The position numbers and the translations under genes were made by a program. Below, one piece after another: positions 55,349-64,000 of a stretch of 64,000 bases of DNA. The DNA comes from the human T2T-CHM13v2.0 reference genome, Homo sapiens, in the NCBI RefSeq assembly GCF_009914755.1, contig NC_060946.1, one strand, 5' to 3'. The notes beneath the pieces are model-generated. The model was not told where the DNA came from. It saw only the letters and a program-made list of their open reading frames with translations, and made no database searches. How positions within the stretch are numbered: position 1 is the stretch's first letter; every line of letters begins with the position of its first letter.

Positions 55349-57930
55349 CAACCCTAGTGGAATGGAATGGAATGAAATCAAACTGAGTGGAATGGAAGGG
55401 AATGGAATGCAATGGAATGTAATGGAGTGGAAGGCATTTGAATCAACTGGAATGGAATGGAAAGGAATGGAATGGAATGGAATCAACCCCAGTGGAATGG
55501 AATGGAATGGAATGGATTATAATGGAATGGAATGGAATCAATCTGGGTGGAATGGAATGGAATGGAATGGAATGGAATGGAATGGAATGGAATCAATCCG
55601 GGTGGAGTGGAATGGAATGGAATGGAATGGAATGGAATGGAATGGAATGGAATGGAATGGATTGGAATTCAATGTAATGGAAACAACCCGAGTGGAATGT
55701 AATGGAATGGAAAGGACTGGAATGTAATGGAATGGATTGGAATCAACCCGATTCCAATGCAAAGGAATGGAATGGAATGGAATGGAATGGAAGGGAATGG
55801 AATGGAATGGAAAGGAATGGAATGAACTGTAATGGAATGGAATGGAATGGAATTTAATGGAATGGAATGGAATCAACCCGAGTGGAGTGGAATGGAATGG
55901 AATGGAAATGAATGGAATAGAATGGAATGGAATGGAACGGAACGGAATGGAAAGAACCCGAGTGGAATGGATTGTAATGGAAATGAATGGAATAGAAGGA
56001 AATGGAATGGAATGGAACGGAATGGAACGAACCCGAGTGGAATGGATTGGAATGGAATGGAATGGAAAGGAACGGAATGGAATGGATTGGAATGGAATCA
56101 ACCCGAGTGGAATGGAATGGAATGGAATCAAACTGAGTGGAATGGAAGGGAATGGAATGCAATGGAATGTAATGGAGTGGAAGGCATTTGAATCAACTGG
56201 AATGGAATGGAATGGAATGGAATGGAATGGAATCAACCCCAGTGGAATGGATTGGATGGGAATGGATTATAATGGAATGGAATGGAATCAATCCGAGTGG
56301 AATGGAATGGAATGGAATGGATTATAGTTGAATGGAATGGAATCAATCCTTGTGGAATGGAGTGGAATGGAATGGAATAGAATGGAATGGAATTCAATGT
56401 AATGGAAACAAACCGAGTGGAATGTAATGAAATGGAAAGGACTGGAATCTAATGGAATGTATTGGAATCAACCTGATTCCAATGCAACGGTATGGAATGG
56501 AATGGAATGGAATGGAATGGAATGGAATGGAATGGAAAAGAATGGAATAAACTGGAATTGAATGGAATGGAATGGAATTTAATGGAATGGCATGGAATGG
56601 AATGGAATGGAATCAACCCGAGTGGAGTGGAATGGAATGCAATGAAAATGAATGGAATGGAATGGAATGGAATGGAATGGAATCAACCCGAGTGGAGTGG
56701 AATGGAATGCAATGGAAATGAATGGAATAGAATGGAATGGAATGGAACGGAACGGAATGGAATGAACCCGAGTGGAATGGAATGGAATAGAATGGAATGG
56801 AAAGGCACGAAATGGAATGGAATGGAATGGAATGGAATGGAATGGAATGGAATGGAATCAACCCGAGTGGAATGGAATGGAATGGAATCAAACTGAGTGG
56901 AATGGAATGGAATGGAATGGAATGGAATGGAGTGGAAGGCATTAGAATCACCTGGAATGGAATGGAATGGAATGGAATGGAATGGAATGGAATGGAATCA
57001 ACCCGAGTGGAATGGAATGGAATGGAATCAAACTGAGTGGAAAGGAATGGAATGGAATGGAATGGAATGGAATGGAATGGAATGCAATGGAATGGAATGG
57101 AATCAACCACAGTGGAATGGAATGGAATGGAATGGATTATAATAGAATGGAATGGAATCAATCCGGGTGGAATGGAATGGAATGGAATGGAATGGAATGG
57201 AATGGAATGGAATGGAATCAACTCGAGTGGAATGAAATGTAACGTGATGGAATGGAATGGAATGGAATGGAATGGAATACAATAGAATCAATTCGAGTGC
57301 CATGTAATGGTATAGAATGGAATGGAATGGAATGGAATGAAATGGAATGGAATGGAATGGAATGGAATCATCCAGAGTGGAATGGAATGGAATGGAATGG
57401 AATGGAATGGAATGGAATGGAATGGAATGGAATATATTGGAATGGAATGGAATGGAATGGAATGGAATATATTGGAATGGAATGCAACGGAATCAACTGG
57501 ATTGGAATGGAATGGAATGGAATGGAATGGATTATAATGGAATGGAATGGAATCAATCCGGGTGGAATGGAATGGAATGGAATTCAATGTAATGGAAACA
57601 AACCGAGAGGAATGTAATGGAATGGAAAGGACTGGAATGTAATGGAATGCATTGGAATCAAACCGATTCCAATGCAACGGAATGGAATGGAATGGAATGG
57701 AAAGAAATCAACCCGAATGGAATGGATTGGAATAGAGTGGAATGGAATGGAATGGCATGGAATGCAATGAAATCAACTAGAATGGAATGGAATGGAATGG
57801 AATGAACAGGAATGGAATAGAATGGAATGGAATGGAATGGAATGGAATGGAATGGAATGGAATGGAATGGAGTGGAATGGAATGGAATGGAGTGGAATGG
57901 AATGGAATGGAATGAAATCAACCCGATTGG
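55000..57930 (+). repeat. B-like block most similar to ~17600-20520 (offset ~37.4 kb)
   Basis: Shares TAGAAGGAAATGG (~18545/55993), ATTATAGTTG (~18883/56321), GCAATGAAAATG (19221/56639), AACGTGATGG (~19853/57241) and TGCATTGGAATCAAACC (20270/57648). The intervening B1-B' units carry different alleles at these sites. Confidence 0.8.
57648..57676. other. Perfect 12-bp inverted repeat with 5-nt loop (second copy)
   Basis: TGCATTGGAATC at 57648-57659, loop AAACC, GATTCCAATGCA at 57665-57676. Confidence 0.9.
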
Positions 57931-60310
57931 AAAGGAATGGAATGCAATGGAATGGAATGGAATTGAATGGAATAAACACGAGTGGAATGGAATGGAATGG
58001 AATGGAATGGAATAGAATGGAGTCAATTCAAGTGCAATGGAATGGTATACAATGGAATCGAATGGAATGGAATCAACCAGAGTGGAATGGAATGGAAAGG
58101 AATGGAATGGAATGGAACGGAACGGAACGGAATGGAATGGAATGGAATGGAATGGAACGGCATGGAATGGAATGGAATGGAATGGAATGGAATGGAATGG
58201 AATATAACGGCATGCAATGGAATGGAATGGAGTGGATTCAACCCGAGTGGAATGGAGTGGATTGAACTGTAACGGCATGGAATGGAATGGAATGGAGTGG
58301 AATAAACAAGAGTGGAATGGAATGGAATAGAATGGAATGGAATGGAATGGAGTGAAATAAACTCGAGTGGAATGGAATGGAATGGAATAGAATGGAATGG
58401 AATGGAAAGGAATGGAAGAGAATGGAATGGAATCAACTCGAGTGGAAAGGAATGGAATGGAAAGGAATGGAATGGAATGGAAAGGAATGGAATGCAATGG
58501 AATGCAGTGTTATGGAATGGAATCAACCCGAGTGGAATGGAATGGAATGGAATGGAATGGAATGGACAGGAATGGAATGGAATGGAATGGAATGGAATGG
58601 AATGGAGTGGAATGGACTAGAATGGAATGGAATGGAATGAAATCAACCCGATGGGAATGGAATGGAATGCAATGGAATGGAATGGAATCAACTGGAAAGG
58701 AATCAAATGGAACGGAATGGAATTGAATGGAATGGATTGGAATGGAATGGAATGGAATCAAACCTATTAGAATGGAATGGAAAGAATGGAATGTACAGGA
58801 ATGGAATGGAATGGAATTTAATGGAATGGAATGGAATGGAATTTAATAGAATGGAATGGAATGGAATGGAATAGAATGGAATGGAATCAACCCGATTGGA
58901 GTCAAATGAAATGGAATGGAAATGAATGGAATAGAATGTAATGGAATGGAACGGAAAGGAATGGCATGAACCCGAGTGGAATGGAATGGAATGGAATGGA
59001 ATGGAATGGAATGGAATTGAAAGGCACGGAATGGAATGGAATGGAATGTAATGGAATGGAATCAACCCGAGTGGAATGGAATGGAATGGAATCAAACTGA
59101 GTGGAATGGAATGGAATGGAATGTAATGGAGTGGAAGGCATTAGAATCAACTGGAATGGAATGGAGTGGAATGGAATGGAATCAACGCCAGTGGAATGGA
59201 ATGGAATGGAATGGATAATAATGGAATGGAATGGAATCAATCCGGGTGGAATGGAATGGAATGGAATGAAATGGAATGGAATGCAATGGAATGGAATGGA
59301 ATCAACTCGAGTGGAATGAAATGTAACGTAATGTAACGGAATGGAATGGAATGGAATAGAATGGAATCAATTCGAGTGTAATATAACGGTATAGAATGGA
59401 ATGGAATGGAATGGAATAGAATCAACTAGAGTGGAAACGAATGGAATGGAATGGAATGGAATGGAATGGAATGGAGTGGAATGGAATGGAATGGAATGGA
59501 ATGGAATGGAATGGAATGGAATAGAATGGAATAGAATGGAGTCAATTCAAGTGCAATGGAATGGTATACAATGGAATCAAACGGAATGGAATCAACCAGA
59601 GTGGAATGGAATGGAAAGGAATGGAATGGAATGGAATGGAATAGAATGGAACGGAATGGAATGGAATGGAATGGAATGTAACGGCATGGAATGGAATGGA
59701 ATGGAATGGAATGGAATGGAATGGAATGGCATGCAATGGAATGGAATGGAGTGGAATAAACACGATTGGAATGGAATGGAATGGAATGGACTGGAATGGA
59801 AAGGAATGGACGAGAATGGAATGGAATCAACACGAGTGGAAAGGAATGGAATGGAAAGGAATGGAATGGAATGGAAAGGAATGTAATGCAATGGAATGCA
59901 GTGTTATGGAATGGAATCAACCCGAGTGGAATGGAATGGAATGGAATGGAATGGAGTGGAATGGAATGGAATGGAATGCAATGGAATGGACAGTAATGGA
60001 ATGGAATGGAATGGAATGGAATGGAGTGGAATGGACTAGAATGGAATGGAATGGAATGAAATCAACCCTATTGGAATGGAATGGAATGCAATGGAATGGA
60101 ATGGAATCAACTGGTAAGGAAACAAATGGAACAGAATGGAATAGAATGGAATGGATTGTAGTGGAATGGAATGGAATCAAACCTAGTAGAATGGAATGGA
60201 AAGAATGGAATGAACAGGAATGGAATGGAATGGAATGGAATTTAATGGAATGGAATGGAATTTAACAGAATGGAATGGAATGGAATGGAATGGAATGGAA
60301 TGGAATGGAA

Positions 60311-61830
60311 TCAACCCGAGTGGAGTGGAATGGAATGGAATGGAAATGAATGGAATAGAATGGAATGGAATGGAACGGAAAGGAATGGAATGAACCCGAG
60401 TGGAATGGAATGGAATGGAATGGAATGGAAAGGCACGGAATGGAATGGAATGGAATGGAATGGAATGGAATGGAATGGAATGGAATGGAATGGAATCAAC
60501 CCGAGTGGAATGGAATGGAATGGAATCAAACTGAGTGGAATGGAATGGAATGGAATGCAATGGAATGTAATGCAGTGGAAGGCATTAGAATCAACTGGAA
60601 TGGAATGCAGTGGAATGGAATGGAATCAACGCCAGTGGAATGGAATGGAATGGAATGGATAATAATAGAATGGAATGGAATAAATCCGGCTGGAATGGAA
60701 TGGAATGGAATGCAATGGAATGAAATGGAATCAACTCGAGTGGAATGAAATGTAACGTAATGTAATGGAATGGAATGGAATGGAATGGAATAGAATGGAA
60801 TCAATTCGAGTGCAATATAATGGTATAGAATGGAATGGAATAGAATGGAATGGAATGGAATGGAATCAACCAGAATGGAATGGAATGGAATGGAATGGAA
60901 TGGAATGGACTGTAACGGCATGGAATGCAATGGAATGGAGTGGAATCAACCCGAGTGGAATGGAATGGAATGGACTCTAACGGCATGGAACGGAATGGAA
61001 TGGAGTGGAATCAAACCGAGAGGAATGGAATGGAATGGAATGGAATGGAATGGAATGGAATGGAATGGAATCAACCCGAGTGGAGTGGAATGGAATGGAA
61101 TGGAAATGAATGGAATAGAATGGAATAGAATGGAACGGAAAGGAATGGAATGAACCCGAGTGGAATGGAATGGAATGGAATGGAATGGAAAGGCACGGAA
61201 TGGAATGGAATGGAATGGAATGGAATGGAATGGAATGGAATGGAATGGAATCAACCCGAGTGGAATGGAATGGAATGGAATCAAACTGAGTGGAATGGAA
61301 TGGAATGGAATGCAATGGAATGTAATGCAGTGGAAGGCATTAGAATCAACTGGAATGGAATGCAGTGGAATGGAATGGAATCAACGCCAGTGGAATGGAA
61401 TGGAATGGAAGGGATAAAAATAAAATGGAATGGAATAAATCCGGCTGGAATGGAATGGAATGGAATGCAATGGAATGAAATGGAATCAACTCGAGTGGAA
61501 TGAAATGTAACGTAATGTAATGGAATGGAATAGAATGGAATGGAATAGAATGGAATCAATTCGAGTGCAATATAATGGTATAGAATGGAATGGAATAGAA
61601 TGGAATGGAATGGAATGGAATCAACCAGAGTGGAATGGAATGGAATGGAATGGAATGGAATGGAATGGACTGTAACGGCATGGAATGCAATGGAATGGAG
61701 TGGAATCAACCCGAGTGGAATGGAATGGAATGGACTGTAACGGCATGGAACGGAATGGAATGGAGTGGAATCAAACCGAGAGGAATGGAATGGAATGGAA
61801 TGGAATGGAATGGAATGGAATAGAATGGAA
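60311..61830 (+). repeat. ~760 bp tandem duplication
   Basis: TCAACCCGAGTGGAGTGG...GGAAATGAA at 60311/61071, TAAATCCGGC at 60681/61436 and TCAAACCGAGAGG at 61011/61771. Confidence 0.82.
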
Positions 61831-64000
61831 TCAATTCGAATGCAATGTAATGGTATAGAATGGAATGGAATGGAATGGAATCAACCAGAGTGGAATGGAA
61901 TGGAATGGAATGGAATGGAATGGAATAGAATGTAATGGAATGGAACGGAATGGAACGGAATGGAATGGAATGGAATGGAATGGAATGGCACGGCATGGAA
62001 TGGAATGGAATGGAGTGGAATCAACCCGAGTGGAATGGAGTGGAATGGACTGTAATGGCATGGAATGGAATGGAATTGGGTGGAATAAACACAAGTGGAA
62101 TGGAATGGAATGGAATGGACTACAATCAACCAGAGTGCAATGGAATGGAATAGAATGGAATGGAATGGAATGGAATGAAATAAACACGAGTGGAATGGAA
62201 TGGAATGGAATGGAAGGGAATGGAATGGAATCAACTCGAGTGGAAAGGAATGGAATGGAAAGGAATGGAATGGAATGGAAAGGAATGGAATGCAATGGAA
62301 TGCAGTGTTATGGAATGGAATCAACCCGAGTGGAATGGAATGGAATGGAATGGAATGGAATGGAATGGAATGGAATGCAATGGACAGGAGTGGAATGGAA
62401 TGTAATTCAATGGAATGGAATGGACAGGAATGGAATGGAATGGAATGGAATGGAATGGAATGGAGTGGAATGGACTAGAATGGAATGGAATGGAATGAAA
62501 TCAACCCGATTGGAATGGAATGGAATGCAATGGAATGGAATGGAATCAACTGGAAAGGAATCAAATGGAACGGAATGGAATGGAATGGAATGGAATGGAA
62601 TGGAATGGAATCAACCCTAGTGGAATGGAATGGAATGAAATCAAACTGAGTGGAATGGAAGGGAATGGAATGCAATGGAATGTAATGGAGTGGAAGGCAT
62701 TTGAATCAACTGGAATGGAATGGAAAGGAATGGAATGGAATGGAATCAACCCCAGTGGAATGGAATGGAATGGAATGGATTATAATGGAATGGAATGGAA
62801 TCAATCTGGGTGGAATGGAATGGAATGGAATGGAATGGAATGGAATGGACTGTAACGGCATGGAATGCAATGGAATGGAGTGGAATCAACCCGAGTGGAA
62901 TGGAAAGGAATGGACTGCAACGGCATGGAACGGAATGGAATGGAGTGGAATCAAACCGAGAGGAATGGAATGGAATGGAATGGAATGGAATGGAATGGAA
63001 TAGAATGGAATCAATTCGAATGCAATGTAATGGTATAGAATGGAATGGAATGGAAAGAAATCAACCCGAATGGAATGGATTGGAATAGAGTGGAATGGAA
63101 TGGAATGGCATGGAATGCAATGAAATCAACTAGAATGGAATGGAATGGAATGGAATGAACAGGAATGGAATAGAATGGAATGGAATGGAATGGAATGGAA
63201 TGGAATGGAATGGAGTGGAATGGAATGGAATGGAATGAAATTAACCCGATTGGAATGGAATGGAATGCAATGGAATGGAATGGAATCAACTGGAAAGGAA
63301 TCAAATGGAACGGAATGGAATGGAATGAAATGGAATGGAATGGAATGGAATAGAACGGAACAGAAAAAACCTCTGTGGAATGGAATGGAATGGAATGGAT
63401 TATAATGGAATGGAATGGAATCAATCCAGGTGGAATGGAATGGAATGGAATGGAATGCAATGGAATGGACAGGAATGGAATGGAATGGAATTCAATGGAA
63501 TGGAATGGACAGGAATGCAATGGAATGTAATGGAATGGAATGGAATGGAGTGGAATGCACTAGAATGGAATGGAATGGAATGAAATCAACCCGATTGGAA
63601 TGGAATGGAATGCAATGGAATGGAATGGAATCAACTGGAAAGGAATCAAATGGAACGGAATGGAATAGAATGGAATGGATTGGAATGGAAAGGAATGGAT
63701 TCAACCCGAGTGGAATGGAATGGAATAGAACGGAATAAACACGAGTGGAATGGAATGGAATGGAATGGAATGGAATGGAATGGAATGGAATGGAATCAAC
63801 TCGAGTGGAATGAAATGTAATGTAATGGAATGGAATGGAATTGAATGGAATAAACACGAGTGGAATGGAATGGAATGGAATGGAATGGAATAGAATGGAG
63901 TCAATTCAAGTGCAATGGAATGGTATACAATGGAATCGAATGGAATGGAATCAACCAGAGTGGAATGGAATGGAAAGGAATGGAATGGAATGGAACGGAA

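Larger units (their letters stand above)
1..64000 (+). repeat. Human satellite III (HSat3)-type (GGAAT)n array with interspersed CAACCCGAGT-type decamers; pericentromeric-type heterochromatic satellite
   Basis: Continuous GGAAT pentamers from first to last base. Runs end in CAACCCGAGT or variants (CAACTCGAGT, CAACCAGAGT, CAAACTGAGT, AAACACGAGT), matching the classical satellite 3 consensus CAACCCGA(A/G)T(GGAAT)n. The CATTCGATTC-rich pattern of HSat2 is absent. Species and chromosome cannot be assigned from sequence alone. Confidence 0.97.

Noticed and set aside
1-64000. CRISPR-like reading of CAACCCGAGT 'repeats' with intervening 'spacers'
   Set aside because: The decamers are too short and variable, the intervening sequence is itself GGAAT repeat of variable length rather than unique spacer, and no cas genes are present.
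1-64000. Canonical heat-shock elements (nGAAnnTTCnnGAAn)
   Set aside because: GAA units are all direct repeats. In the TTC-containing variants I checked (GAATTC, TTCGAA, GGATTCAAC, CAATTC) the GAA-TTC spacing is not the canonical 2 nt, so no discrete HSE is called.
1-64000. Assignment to a specific chromosome or subfamily (e.g. 9q12, acrocentric short arms) or species
   Set aside because: CAACCCGAGT-type HSat3 occurs at several human loci and in great apes. Assignment requires k-mer mapping to assemblies.
1-64000. Telomeric repeat, G-quadruplex array, alpha satellite/CENP-B boxes or HSat2
   Set aside because: There are no TTAGGG tracts (only isolated GTTAGGGA at ~263 and ~27015), GGG runs are rare, there is no 171-bp monomer, and no dense CGAAT pattern.
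1-64000. Pathogenic SCA31-type (TGGAA)n expansion
   Set aside because: The array is far larger, is heavily interrupted by HSat3 spacers, and lacks TAAAA/TAGAA tracts and unique flanks.

Overview
The whole 64 kb window is one uninterrupted, single-orientation array of classical human/great-ape satellite III (HSat3). It consists of (GGAAT)n pentamers on the + strand, punctuated by the diagnostic CAACCCGAGT decamer and its variants. I see no genes, RNA genes, transposons, CRISPR arrays or unique sequence. All ORFs in the track are poly-(MEWNG)/poly-(FHSIP) by-products of a stop-free pentamer. I found no new gene system; the interest lies in the internal architecture. (i) A young higher-order-repeat (HOR) domain at ~30.2-55.3 kb is built from ~1.17 kb 'A' and ~3.9 kb 'B' units in the order A-B-AA-B-AAA-B-AA-B', and includes a recent ~7.38 kb tandem duplication. 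(ii) A ~26.75 kb-offset duplication has a third partial copy near 59.5-63 kb. (iii) There are local tandem duplications of ~3.4, ~1.5 and ~0.76 kb and several mosaic junctions. (iv) The 5-bp register is unbroken for ~30 kb, and 9 of 13 register shifts are copies of one 1-bp deletion. (v) A recurrent 9-12 bp quasi-palindrome holds the only opposite-strand ATTCC I saw. Coordinates were read by eye, unit boundaries are defined by marker motifs, and no alignments or database searches were run.
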